From positions 800,001-864,000 of the forward strand of contig CAVZZO010000003.1 in assembly GCA_963779755.1 (NCBI GenBank): 64,000 nucleotides of DNA, given 5' to 3'. Positions 53,083-62,996 of the stretch are shown piece after piece. The notes under the pieces were generated by a model. It worked only from the letters and a program-made list of their open reading frames with translations, ran no database searches and was not told the DNA's origin. Position 1 is the first letter of the stretch. Each line of letters starts with the position of its first letter. Both the position numbers and the translations under genes were made by a program. This DNA comes from an uncultured Gemmatimonadales bacterium (GTDB lineage: Bacteria > Gemmatimonadota > Gemmatimonadetes > Gemmatimonadales > GWC2-71-9).

Positions 53083-54336
53083 ATGCCCGAGTCGCGCTCC
53101 CGGGCCCGGACGTTCGCCGTCCCGGCCCTCGCCCTGCTGCTCTTCGCGGTGATGCTCTACAGCACGCGGGAGATCCTCGCGCCGCTGGTGGTCTTCCCCG
53201 TGATCCTGCTGGCCTTGTGGCCCCTGCGGCAGCGGCGCGACGTCGGGCGGGTACTGGTGGCGAGCGCGGCGCTCACCCTGGTGTGGTTCATCCAGCGGTA
53301 CCTCGCCCTGCTGGGGCCGTTCTTCGTCGCCGGGCTCATCGCCTACCTGCTGGCCCCGGTCGTGGGCTGGCTGGAGCGCCACGGGCTGCGGAAACGCCCC
53401 CTGGCCATCCTGACCACGCTGCTGGCCGGCCTCCTGCTCATCGCCCTGGTGCTGTTCATCACGCTGCCCCGGGTGTGGGACCAGCTGGTCGAGCTGATCG
53501 GGCGGCTGCCCCAGGTCGCCGAAAAGATCCTGAACCTCCTGAAAGGCGGGAGGGAACAGCTCGCCAACCTGCCTTTCCTGAACCCGGCGCAGCGCGAAAC
53601 CATCCGCAATCTGGACGAACAGAAGCTGGCCGAGTTGCTGCAGCAGAACGGCGACCGCATTGTGGGCCAGCTGGGGCAATGGGCGCTGGCGATCCTGGGC
53701 AAGCTCTGGAGCCTGTTCGGCCTGCTCGGCTATCTCGTCATCACGCCGGTGGTGGCGTACTACCTGCTGCGCGACTGGGGCGCACTGCTGGGCCGGCTGG
53801 AGAGCGGCATTCCTCCACAGCGGCGGCCCGGCGTGATGGCCTTTCTCCGTGAATACGACCGGCGGCTGGGCGGCTGGGTGCGGGGACAGCTGACCGAGGC
53901 CGCCCTGGTCGGCGTGCTGACCAGCGGGGGACTCGCCCTGCTAGGCGTCCCCAACGCCCTGCTGCTGGGCGTCATCTCCGGGCTCTTCAACGTGATCCCC
54001 TATATCGGCCTGGTGATCTCGGTAGTCCCGGCGGCGCTGGTGGCGCTCACCCTGCCCGACCCGGTCTCCGGCGCGTGGCGGGTCGCCCTGGTCTACGGCA
54101 TCGTGCAGTTCATCGACGGCAGCATCACCGGGCCGCGCATCGTGGGGGATGCCGCCGGCATTCACCCGCTCTGGATCATGCTCGCGCTGGCCATTGGGGG
54201 CGCGCTGCTCGGCTTCTTCGGCCTGGTCCTGGCCGTCCCCCTGGCCGTTCTCGCCACCATGCTGGGACGGATTGCGGTCCGGTCCTACCGGAAGTCGGCC
54301 GTGTACCAGGAGCCGGTGGAGCCGGTGACCCGCTGA
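53083..54336 (+). CDS. AI-2E (PerM/TqsA) family transporter
   Basis: PFFVAGLIAYLLAPVV, YYLLRD, WVRGQ, NVIPYIG, GPRIVG...IHP, GFFGLVLAVP. Confidence 0.9.
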   Translation: MPESRSRARTFAVPALALLLFAVMLYSTREILAPLVVFPVILLALWPLRQRRDVGRVLVASAALTLVWFIQRYLALLGPFFVAGLIAYLLAPVVGWLERHGLRKRPLAILTTLLAGLLLIALVLFITLPRVWDQLVELIGRLPQVAEKILNLLKGGREQLANLPFLNPAQRETIRNLDEQKLAELLQQNGDRIVGQLGQWALAILGKLWSLFGLLGYLVITPVVAYYLLRDWGALLGRLESGIPPQRRPGVMAFLREYDRRLGGWVRGQLTEAALVGVLTSGGLALLGVPNALLLGVISGLFNVIPYIGLVISVVPAALVALTLPDPVSGAWRVALVYGIVQFIDGSITGPRIVGDAAGIHPLWIMLALAIGGALLGFFGLVLAVPLAVLATMLGRIAVRSYRKSAVYQEPVEPVTR

Positions 54337-54340
54337 GCCC

Positions 54341-54670
54341 TCAGGCGGGCTCCACGATCACCGCCGTCCCGTAGCACAGCACTTCGGTCACTCCATTCAT
54401 GACTTCCGTCGCATCGTAGCGGATGCCGATGATGGCGTTCGCGCCTGCCGAATCGGCGTGGGCGAGCATGATTTCGAACGCCTCGACCCGGGTGTGCTCG
54501 CACAGCTCGGTAAAGAGGGTGATGTTGCCGCCCCGGAGCGTCTGCAACGCGCCGCCCAGGGTGCCAAGCACCGAGCGGGAGCGGACGGTAATGCCCCGGA
54601 CCACGCCAAGGTTTTCCCGGACCCGAAAGCCGGGGAGCTCGAACGCGGTGGTGGTGAGAGCGGGATCCAT
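54341..54670 (-). CDS. YbjQ/UPF0145 family protein
   Basis: [32 protein letters not shown]. Confidence 0.92.
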   Translation of the reverse strand: MDPALTTTAFELPGFRVRENLGVVRGITVRSRSVLGTLGGALQTLRGGNITLFTELCEHTRVEAFEIMLAHADSAGANAIIGIRYDATEVMNGVTEVLCYGTAVIVEPA

Positions 54671-54673
54671 AGG

Positions 54674-54720
54674 AGGAATGAGGAATGAGGAATCGGGAAT
54701 GAGGAATGAGGAATGAGAAT
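54674..54720. repeat. 7-bp tandem repeat (GAATGAG)n
   Basis: Directly visible. Confidence 0.85.
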
Positions 54721-54818
54721 CGGGCCTTGCCGTCCTGCGACCGAGCGGCCCTCCAGGTGCGAGGCCGTGAGGAAGTCCTTTAGGGCCGTCTTGCCGCCTT
54801 GCCGTCTTGCCGTCGTCG

Positions 54819-55781
54819 TCAGATCTCCCAGTTCGACCAGATCAGTCCCCGGGGCAGGGTGGGTTCATCGGCCCCTTCCAGGGTCATTCGGAGGTCAGTC
54901 CAGTGGACGCGGCCGCCGGCGGCGACCAGCCGGGCGTAGCCGGACGGATCGGCGGTCTGGGCGCGGTAGGAAACCCGGCGCACTCCCTCGCGTACGGCGG
55001 AGGCGTCGATGGTGCCGAAGAGCGCGGTAAGGGCATCGTCGTCTTCGGCGACCAGCTTGAGCACCCGCAGCTCATCGCGGGGGCGGCCTTCCGCCAGCGC
55101 GGCGGTATGCCACAGCGCAAACCCGGTGAGGCGCCCGTCGCGCCGGATGAGACAGGTGTCGCCCACCGCCAGGTCGCCGGTCAGCTGGATCTCCCGGGTA
55201 AAGTCCACGCCTCCGCCCAGCCGGCCGCTGAGTTCCCGGCACTGGGCCAGCGCGAGGGCGCGCGCTTCGCCGGCCCGGGAGAGCAGCTCGACCAGGGGCA
55301 CCGGCCGCCGCGGCACCTCGCGCACCAGAGTGACGGTGAGATACCGCGGCCGGAACCCCAACCCGCTGTAGAAGCCGATGTTATCCACGGTGCGGGGCAT
55401 GGTCTCGAGCCCGATGGTGGTGGCGCCGCGCGCGCGCAGCCAGTCGATGCCTGCCTGGACAATGGTCTTGCCCAGGCCCTCGTTCTGCCGGTCGGGCCGG
55501 ACGGCAAGGGGCCCCATCCAGCCTTCCCGCCCCGACTGGTGAACCATATTGAACGCCGCGGGACGACCGTCGGCATCGCGCCAGAGGAAGGCGCCTTCTC
55601 CCGCATCCTCGATGGCGTAGCGCCAGATGGCCGGATTGAGATAAGGAACCCGCACGCCGATCATGCCGTCCCGCCGGTAACGGTCGGTAAAGGCCTCGGC
55701 GAAAATGCGGTTCAGCGGCTCGATATCCCGCGGCCCGGCCCGGTCGGGGCCGTGAATACTCCGGTCATGCAGCCAGGCCAT
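54819..55781 (-). CDS. GNAT-family acetyltransferase
   Basis: [18 protein letters not shown] acetyl-CoA motif [11 protein letters not shown]; overlaps rad50 3' end. Confidence 0.85.
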   Translation of the reverse strand: MAWLHDRSIHGPDRAGPRDIEPLNRIFAEAFTDRYRRDGMIGVRVPYLNPAIWRYAIEDAGEGAFLWRDADGRPAAFNMVHQSGREGWMGPLAVRPDRQNEGLGKTIVQAGIDWLRARGATTIGLETMPRTVDNIGFYSGLGFRPRYLTVTLVREVPRRPVPLVELLSRAGEARALALAQCRELSGRLGGGVDFTREIQLTGDLAVGDTCLIRRDGRLTGFALWHTAALAEGRPRDELRVLKLVAEDDDALTALFGTIDASAVREGVRRVSYRAQTADPSGYARLVAAGGRVHWTDLRMTLEGADEPTLPRGLIWSNWEI

Positions 55782-58185
55782 CACGCCCTCCAGGCTCATC
55801 ACGCACCAGCGACGACCCGCGGGTCAGGTCGAAATCCACCCGGATGACGCGGTCAAAGCCGTCCCGGATGCTCTCAATATGCGTAATGAGAACCACCTGC
55901 GGAAAGCGGTCGGCGAGCCCACGGAGCAGCTCCAGCACCCCGCTGCGGCGCTCTTCGTCCAGCGAGCCGAAGATCTCGTCCAGCACCAGCAGGGAGAGGG
56001 GCTGCCCCGCCCGCTCGGCGATCATCTGGCTGATGGCGAGGCGCAGCGCCAGGTTGGCGACGTCCTCCTCCCCGCCCGAGATCACCACCTTGCGCTCGCC
56101 CTCATCCACGATGGTGGGCACATAATCCTCGTCCAGTTCCAGCTCGGTATAACGCCCCGCGGTCATGTCGCGCAGGAAGGCAGAGGCGATCTCCGAGAGA
56201 TCGGGCCGGAGCGTGGCGTTCAGGTCGGTCCGCAGATCGCTGAACGCCCGGTCCAACTCGTTGTGCAGCGCCAGGTCGCCCGCCACCTGACGGGTCTCGG
56301 CCTCGCGGCGACGCCGCTCCTCTCGCCGCCGCCGCGTGGCCGCCAGCGCCTCTTCCGCCGCCCCGTGCTCGGCCCGCGCGCGCACCACCGCCAGCTCGGC
56401 CTGCCGGCGTTCCGCTTCGACCTGGTCGCACTCGCGCTGCAAGGCGGCGAATTCCTCCTCCTGGTATCCCATGCCCACCAGGCGCTCACGCAGGCCCCGG
56501 GCGTGCAACTCCCGCTGGCTCAGCGTGCGCTCGGCCACCTCCGCCTCGCGGACCAGCATCTCCGCCCGTTCGGCCAGGGAGCGCAGCCGCTCCGCCTCGA
56601 GCGCGGTCGCCTCCAGTGCGGCAACCTCCCGGCGGCGCGCCGCATGGTGGCTGGGGTCGTACGGCACCGCCGAGGCGGCCAGTGACTGCTCCAGGTCGGC
56701 GATCCGCCGGGCCAGCGTCTGCTGCTCGTCGCGCAGGGCCTTCTCTTCCCGGGCCTGGGTCCGGAGCTGGGCCAGCCGCTCGGTGAGCGATCGGATATTG
56801 CGGTCTGCCTGATCCCGCTCCTGGTCCGCGGAGGCGAGATCGGGGGGCGCCGTCTCCAGCTGCTCGATCCGCTGCTTGTAGAAGCTGCCGTTGAAGGTCA
56901 CCTCCTCCAGCTGCCGCTGCAGGACCTGCAGCACATGCCCATATTCGTCCCCCAGCGGCCGGCGGCAGGTGGGGCAGGCGCCGTCCTCGCCGGCCTCGGT
57001 GATACGGAGACGCTGTTCCCGGATGTCCTGGTACTGGTCCAGCAGGGTCTGCCGCTTGGTTTTGGCTTCCTGCACGTCGCGCACCCAGCCGGTGCGCAGC
57101 TCTTCGGCCCGCGCGGCGAGCGCGGCGCGGCCGGCCTGCAGACGGTCCAGCTCCTGTTCCACCTCGCGGACCGTGTCGGGGGCCGGCAGGAGCGCCAGCC
57201 GCTCCATCACGGCGCGTTGTCGTGCCCGGAGATCCGCCAGCTGCGCCTCGTACCCCTGCCGGGCCGCCACCGCCTTCTCCTGCGCCTCCAGCAGGGTGAT
57301 CTCCTGCTTGAGCCGGGAGAGGGGCTCGAGCTGCGCCGTCAGGCCGTCGAGCCGGTCACGCGCGCTCAGCGCCTCGGCCAGCTGACGATCGAGCTGTTCG
57401 TGCCGGTCGCGCGTCTCGGTAACCTTGTGGTCCGCCAGGCGCAGTTCACCATGCAGCTCCGCCACGGCTTCTTTCAGCCGCTGCATGGCCTCGAGCCGCG
57501 GGCGCAGCTCGGAATGGCGTGCCTCGGCAGCCGCCATAACCGCTTCCGCTCCGGTGCAGGCCAGGGCGGCGCGCTCCAGCCGGCCCAGCACGGCGCTCTC
57601 CTCGACTTCCAGTTCCGCCGTGTCCGCCAGACTGCTCTCCAGGACCTGGTGCCGTGCCCGCAGGGTGGAGCGGCGCTCGCGCAGGCGCTCCTGCGCCGTC
57701 CGCAGCCGCTCGTAGCCCAGCACCCGGGAGAGGAACTGGGCCCGCTCGGGCGCGGACATGGCCGCCATCACCGCCAGCTCTTTCTGGCCGGTGAAGTAGG
57801 TGTTGAAGAACTCGTCGCGGCTCATGCCCAGCAGCCGGGTGAGCCGCTCGGTGACGGCGCCCAGGCTGGTGGCGATCGGAGCGGGATCGCCGTCCTGGCG
57901 CAGCTCGGCGTTGCTGAGCGAGCGGGTCACCAGGTAGCGATGCGCCCCCAGGCTGAACTCCAGCTCCACCCGGACGGGAGTGCGGCCGCCGGCCCGGCGC
58001 CGGCGGATGGTGTCGCGGTTCCCCCGGGCGGCCGGCGTGCCGTAGATGGCGAACGCGACGGCCTCGAGCAGGGTGGATTTCCCCGCCCCGTTCGGCCCCA
58101 CGATCCCGGTGAGGCCCGCGCCCAGAACCAGCTCGGTATCCTCATGCTGCCGGAAGTTCACCAGGCGGAGCCGGTCGATCCGCAT
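55765..58185 (-). CDS. Rad50/SbcC-type SMC ATPase
   Basis: GPNGAGKST, coiled coils, CPTC zinc hook, ISGGE, LVLDEIFGSLD, ITH. Confidence 0.93.
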   Translation of the reverse strand: MRIDRLRLVNFRQHEDTELVLGAGLTGIVGPNGAGKSTLLEAVAFAIYGTPAARGNRDTIRRRRAGGRTPVRVELEFSLGAHRYLVTRSLSNAELRQDGDPAPIATSLGAVTERLTRLLGMSRDEFFNTYFTGQKELAVMAAMSAPERAQFLSRVLGYERLRTAQERLRERRSTLRARHQVLESSLADTAELEVEESAVLGRLERAALACTGAEAVMAAAEARHSELRPRLEAMQRLKEAVAELHGELRLADHKVTETRDRHEQLDRQLAEALSARDRLDGLTAQLEPLSRLKQEITLLEAQEKAVAARQGYEAQLADLRARQRAVMERLALLPAPDTVREVEQELDRLQAGRAALAARAEELRTGWVRDVQEAKTKRQTLLDQYQDIREQRLRITEAGEDGACPTCRRPLGDEYGHVLQVLQRQLEEVTFNGSFYKQRIEQLETAPPDLASADQERDQADRNIRSLTERLAQLRTQAREEKALRDEQQTLARRIADLEQSLAASAVPYDPSHHAARRREVAALEATALEAERLRSLAERAEMLVREAEVAERTLSQRELHARGLRERLVGMGYQEEEFAALQRECDQVEAERRQAELAVVRARAEHGAAEEALAATRRRREERRRREAETRQVAGDLALHNELDRAFSDLRTDLNATLRPDLSEIASAFLRDMTAGRYTELELDEDYVPTIVDEGERKVVISGGEEDVANLALRLAISQMIAERAGQPLSLLVLDEIFGSLDEERRSGVLELLRGLADRFPQVVLITHIESIRDGFDRVIRVDFDLTRGSSLVRDEPGGRDGLAA

Positions 58186-59363
58186 CAGCGCTCGGCCTCC
58201 TCCCGTTCCACTTGGTCGAGCAACCCGACGCCGAGGCGGACGAACCGCTCCCGGTCCATCGTCTCCGGCAGCGGGCGCCGCTGCAGATAATCGGACGTCA
58301 ACTCCGGCAGGGTGCGGCGCCGGCCCGGGGCGCCCACCCCGGTTTCCCGCGCCGCCTCGGGCCGCCGCAGGTCGAGATGAAAATGCAGCGCCTCGGATTT
58401 CCAGGCGCGAATGGCCGTATGATCAAGCTCCCGGCCCACATGGCGGGGCACGTTCCACACCACCAGCCGCACGATCTGATCCGCCAGGCCGCCGTCGATG
58501 GCACCGAGGCGTTCGGCGATGTGCCGGTCGATTTCTTCCGCCGCCAGCCCGGCGGCGTCCACCGGGTCGAGATCGAGCACCCGCCGCGCCAGCGGCACCG
58601 GCATGAACTCCGCCTCGCCGCTCTCCAGGTCGGCGAGCAGCCATCCCTTCCCCTCGATGCCGCGGCTGTGCTCTTCCGCCAGCTCGCCCCAGGGATTGGA
58701 ACTGACATACTCCAGCGCGCCGGAATACCAGACCCGGGGCGCCACCCGGGTCTGCACGTGGTAATGGCCCAACGCCACATAGCTCCAGCGCCCCTGCTCC
58801 AGCTCGCCGGGGCTCAGCAGCACTCCTCCGTATTCGACACTGGTCCGGTCGTAGGGAAACACCCCCTCCACCTCCCCGTGCAGCACCAGGACCTGGTGCG
58901 GCATCTCCCCTTCGGGCCGCATGGCCGGGCGGGGCACCTCCCGCAGCGCCTGGTCAGGCACACCCATGATGCTGAGCCCCAGCTCGGGGAAATCGAGCCG
59001 GCGCGCCTCCTCGGCCACGACATGGACTCCCAGCGATTCGAAGAGCCGCAGAATGCTGCCGGTCTCGGAGGAGCGAGGGGTATCGTGATTGCCGGCAATG
59101 AGCACGACCGGCGCCTGGGGCAGCGCCTCGCGCAGCCGCTGCAACTGGTGGAAGGCAAAGAGAATGGCCGGATTGCTGGGCCGCACCGAATGGAAGAGGT
59201 CGCCGGCAATGAGCACCGCCGCCGGCGCCGCGGCGATGATCCCGTCCAGCGCACGCCGGAAGGCATTGCCGATATCCGCCTCCCGCTGGTTCAGGCCATG
59301 CGGGGTCTGGCGGTGATATTGCCGGAATCCCAGGTGGGCATCTGCTATGTGCGCGATTTTCAC
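58185..59363 (-). CDS. Mre11/SbcD-type nuclease
   Basis: IAHIADAHLG, AGDLFH, AGNHD, LHG, ALGHYH, YSGALE. Confidence 0.93.
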   Translation of the reverse strand: MKIAHIADAHLGFRQYHRQTPHGLNQREADIGNAFRRALDGIIAAAPAAVLIAGDLFHSVRPSNPAILFAFHQLQRLREALPQAPVVLIAGNHDTPRSSETGSILRLFESLGVHVVAEEARRLDFPELGLSIMGVPDQALREVPRPAMRPEGEMPHQVLVLHGEVEGVFPYDRTSVEYGGVLLSPGELEQGRWSYVALGHYHVQTRVAPRVWYSGALEYVSSNPWGELAEEHSRGIEGKGWLLADLESGEAEFMPVPLARRVLDLDPVDAAGLAAEEIDRHIAERLGAIDGGLADQIVRLVVWNVPRHVGRELDHTAIRAWKSEALHFHLDLRRPEAARETGVGAPGRRRTLPELTSDYLQRRPLPETMDRERFVRLGVGLLDQVEREEAER

Positions 59364-59461
59364 CGCTTTAGAATGGCTGGGGGAGTAGCCCAAGGCAAGG
59401 AGGGAATATCACGTGATCCAGTACCCGGCGCCGGGGGTGCGCCCACCCTAACTTCCCGGGC

Positions 59462-59863
59462 ATGCCCACCCTGGAACACGCCCTCGCCCTGGCGGCCCAT
59501 GCCCACGCGGGCCAGCAGAAACGGGGACGCGAGCCGTTCATCCTCCATGTGTTGCGGGTGGTTCTCCGGGTGGACACTCCCGACGCCCGCATCGTGGCCG
59601 CCCTCCACGACGTCGTGGAGAAGACCGACTGGACGCTGGGGGATCTGGCCGAGGAGGGGTTCGCCCAGCCGGTGCTCAACGGCGTTAACGCAATGACGCG
59701 GCGGGAGGGCGAGAGCTGGGAGGCTTACGTCGGGCGGGCCGCGGCCGACCCCATCGGCCGACAGGTGAAGCGGGCGGATGTGGAGGACAACCTCGAACAT
59801 ACGGCTGAGAGCGATACCGACCGGGTGAGACGCTATCGCGAGGCGCTGGAGCTACTCGGGTAG
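59462..59863 (+). CDS. Small HD-domain protein (stand-alone RelA/SpoT hydrolase-like)
   Basis: AHAGQ...EPFILH.LRV, AALHDVVEK, VKRAD..DN. Confidence 0.82.
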   Translation: MPTLEHALALAAHAHAGQQKRGREPFILHVLRVVLRVDTPDARIVAALHDVVEKTDWTLGDLAEEGFAQPVLNGVNAMTRREGESWEAYVGRAAADPIGRQVKRADVEDNLEHTAESDTDRVRRYREALELLG

Positions 59864-59890
59864 TCCCGGGAGGCGCCGCCCGGGTCGGGG

Positions 59891-61840
59891 TCAGGCATAC
59901 GGATCATCGAACCGCTTGAGCGCCGGCACCGCCGCCGGGGGTGGTTCGGCCATCCGTGGCCGCACCCGCCGCCCCAGCTGCGACCGGAAATAGGCCAGGG
60001 GATCGTCGGGCCGCGCCCGCCGGGTCTGGTGCAGCGCCCGCAGGACCTCATCCTCGGGCAGGCCCTCCACAATATCCTGCACCGATTGCAGCGGGATGCC
60101 GTGGTCGAGCCCGCGCAGCTGCCGCGCCACCGCGTCGGCAAAAGGCAGCTCGGCGCTGGGCGGGAACCGCTCCACTCCGGCGCGGCCGGTGAGCACCGCC
60201 GGCCGGGGAAACCGGAGGAACACCGGCTGGGTAAAGTGAGGATGGCGGACCATCAGCTCGCCCTTGGGCAGTGTGGCCAGCTTGATCCGGGTGGCGGGAG
60301 AGAGCGTACCATAGCCCGGCGTGGCCAGTTCATCCATGTCCATGCGGCCGAACACCGCGGTGCCCGCATTGCCGATCACGCGCCGCTGCACCTGGGAACG
60401 AAACTGCTGGGCCGAGAACAGCACCAGGCCGAGGTAGCGCCCCCGCTCCGACAGGTCGAGCAGCATCTTGCGGACGTAGGTTTCCGGCCCGTCGGCCGGC
60501 GCGTACTTGTTGAGTTCGTCCACGAAGACAACTACGTGCTCCACGCCGAGGTCGCGCCGCTCCAGGTGCTCCCGGAGCTTGGAGACCAGCCGGGCGAAGA
60601 CCAGGTCCTGCGCCAGCGGATCCAGCCCTGCGATATCCACCGTGTAGATGGCGCGGTCCTCGAAGCGCCCCCAGGGCAGGTCGTTGACCCGCCCATCGTC
60701 GGTCACCAGCCCCTTGGAGCGCACGCTGATGTTGCCCAGCCGGTTCCGGACCTTGCGGATGGTGGCAACGTGGTGGGTGCGCCAGACCTCCCCTCCCTTT
60801 CCCAGCTGTTCCATGAAATCGAAGATGGCGCGGAAGAATTCGTCCAGCTCGGCGAAGCTCTGCACCCGGAAGGGCTGGTCCCGCAGCGCGGGGTCGTGGA
60901 AGGGCTTGCCCACCACCCGGTCGGCCAGGAAATCGATAAACGCGTCGGCCTTGGCGTCGATGTCGTCGCGGTTCAGCACCACCTCGGCATAATCCAGCAC
61001 CTCGCGCAGGCCCCAGATGAGCGGCTCCGTGTTCGCCGACAGGGCGTCATGGGTGCGCAGGGTATTGAGGTTCACGCCGTCGGGCTTGTGGGGCGCGTAG
61101 TAGCGCACGTTCCCGAAGGGTTCCGGCCTGAGCCCCAGCCGCCGGTACAGGGCGCGGTCTTCCTCCGCCAGTTCCACCGGCTGGTCGAGGAAGAGCAGAT
61201 CGGGCCCCTTCACGTTGAAGCAGAGCGCGGCCACGGACCCCTTGTGGACGGGGAAGGTCTGGAAGATGCTGGTGAGGAGAAACTCTACCGCGCTGGTCTT
61301 GGTGGCCAGGCCGGACACGCCGGTGATGTTGAGGTGCGCCGCCTCGGGCCCCAGGAGAAAATCGGCATCGAGGTACACCGGGGCATCCATGCCCCCGCCC
61401 CGGTAAACACCCACCGGAATGCCGGTGGGCCGCTCTCCTCCGGTATAGGCATCCATCCGGAGCGCCACCGCCACGTCGGCATCGCCGGCGAGCCAGACCG
61501 GCGCCAGCGGCACCGGCTGGAGCGGCTCCTCCGGCTCCTGCCGCAGCACCGCCGCCGCGTAGAGACGGATTTCGGTCCGTTCGGTGGGCGCGGCATCCGC
61601 CAGACCGGGCTCACCGTCGGCCGCGATCACGTCGTGCAGCGGCGTCGGCAAATCGGAATAGGCGAAGCCTTCCGTCACGATGGCGTAGACCGTCCGCGCC
61701 GGCGATTCCGCCCGCACGATCGCCCCGATCCCCACCGGCGACTCCCGCGCGGTCCAGAAATGGAACTGGTGGGGCGTGGAGGGCTTCATCTCGGTGGCCA
61801 CGACGCGGCCGACGGGCGGCGAGGCGGATTCGAACGTCAT
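59891..61840 (-). CDS. herA: HerA-family ATPase
   Basis: N-terminal HAS-barrel-like region, AHLNITGVSGLATKTS Walker A variant, VFVDELNKYAP, ERGRYLGLVLFSAQQ. Confidence 0.85.
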   Translation of the reverse strand: MTFESASPPVGRVVATEMKPSTPHQFHFWTARESPVGIGAIVRAESPARTVYAIVTEGFAYSDLPTPLHDVIAADGEPGLADAAPTERTEIRLYAAAVLRQEPEEPLQPVPLAPVWLAGDADVAVALRMDAYTGGERPTGIPVGVYRGGGMDAPVYLDADFLLGPEAAHLNITGVSGLATKTSAVEFLLTSIFQTFPVHKGSVAALCFNVKGPDLLFLDQPVELAEEDRALYRRLGLRPEPFGNVRYYAPHKPDGVNLNTLRTHDALSANTEPLIWGLREVLDYAEVVLNRDDIDAKADAFIDFLADRVVGKPFHDPALRDQPFRVQSFAELDEFFRAIFDFMEQLGKGGEVWRTHHVATIRKVRNRLGNISVRSKGLVTDDGRVNDLPWGRFEDRAIYTVDIAGLDPLAQDLVFARLVSKLREHLERRDLGVEHVVVFVDELNKYAPADGPETYVRKMLLDLSERGRYLGLVLFSAQQFRSQVQRRVIGNAGTAVFGRMDMDELATPGYGTLSPATRIKLATLPKGELMVRHPHFTQPVFLRFPRPAVLTGRAGVERFPPSAELPFADAVARQLRGLDHGIPLQSVQDIVEGLPEDEVLRALHQTRRARPDDPLAYFRSQLGRRVRPRMAEPPPAAVPALKRFDDPYA

Positions 61841-62865
61841 ACTGCTCCCTTGGAGGAACCGGGAACCAGGAACCGGGAATCAGGATCCTCCCACGCCGCC
61901 GCCGCTCCCGGCGCCTCGTTCCTGGTTCCTGATTCCTGCTGCCCCGTTCCTGCCCGCAGAAAGATCTCCACATCGCGGAAGCCATACAGCAGCCGGTCCC
62001 AGCGCGCATCCGGCGTGCTCAGCGGCGCACGCTCGGCCAGCAGGCGGCGGGCGAGCTCGCCGGCCTCCGCCACCGAGCGCGCGCGGGGAGCGCACTCGAC
62101 CCGGATGAGTCCATGGAAGACGTCGCGGCCGCCGGGATCCCACAGGCGCAGCGCCCAGGAATAGACCGGCGCCACCACGCTGGGCGCGGGTGCGAAGACG
62201 CTGGTCCGGTGGGCCGCCGGCAGGCGGAGATAGCGCACCAGGTCGTCGCCTTCGAAGGGCAGCGCGGCGTGGCTCTTCACGATGCCCAGCATTTTCGGGT
62301 CCGCCGCCCAGGCCGGGGTGACGCCCAGCGAGCCGTCCACCAGCAGCCACTGGTCGGACTTTTCGCGCCAGGCGGTGCCCGCCGCCTGCTCGAGCCGCCC
62401 CCGGGCGGTGTCCACCAGCCGGCGGATGGCCTGCAGTTCGCGATGGGGATGGCGGGGCACGTCGTCGGGAATGCAGGCCTGGCTCAGCCCGTCCGAAGCG
62501 CCCGCCAGCAGGTCGAGCACCTCCCGCCGCCCGGCAATGAACTGCCGCCGCAGATGCACGGCGGTGCTGAAACGCCGCGCCCGGCGCACCCGGACCGCGG
62601 CACCCAGCTCCACCCAGGCCACGGGTGAGCAGCCGCCGTAGGCGAAGATGCGATACCGCTGGGTGCCGTCGAGAAAAGCGACCGGCTCCCGCCAGGGCTC
62701 CGGATCACCCACGGGGTGGATCGCCAGCCCCGGATCCTCGACCACCCGGGCCGGGTGGGCGCTGATCTCCTCCAGCCGGCTGTCATGCGGCGGCGGGGAC
62801 ACATCCACGGGCAGGAGCCCGCGTGCCACCGCGGCGCGCCGCAGGCGATTGAGCAGGGGATGCAT
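61837..62865 (-). CDS. nurA: NurA-like nuclease
   Basis: FLDGT, LLVDGSL, GIVKSH, SWALRL; ATGA-coupled to herA. Confidence 0.75.
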   Translation of the reverse strand: MHPLLNRLRRAAVARGLLPVDVSPPPHDSRLEEISAHPARVVEDPGLAIHPVGDPEPWREPVAFLDGTQRYRIFAYGGCSPVAWVELGAAVRVRRARRFSTAVHLRRQFIAGRREVLDLLAGASDGLSQACIPDDVPRHPHRELQAIRRLVDTARGRLEQAAGTAWREKSDQWLLVDGSLGVTPAWAADPKMLGIVKSHAALPFEGDDLVRYLRLPAAHRTSVFAPAPSVVAPVYSWALRLWDPGGRDVFHGLIRVECAPRARSVAEAGELARRLLAERAPLSTPDARWDRLLYGFRDVEIFLRAGTGQQESGTRNEAPGAAAAWEDPDSRFLVPGSSKGAV

Positions 62866-62996
62866 GCGCTGGAAGCTAACGGTGCGGCGTGACCCTCTCG
62901 ACCCTCTCGACCCCCGAGAAGGATCGAGAAGCTCGAGCCACTGTGACGCACCCCTCCAATCATGTAATTTCCTCGACCCCTTCGCACGGATCGAGG

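Noticed and set aside
59891..62865. HerA as an anti-phage system (Sir2-HerA/Nezha type)
   Set aside because: Partner is NurA-like and the context is Mre11/Rad50, favouring DNA repair
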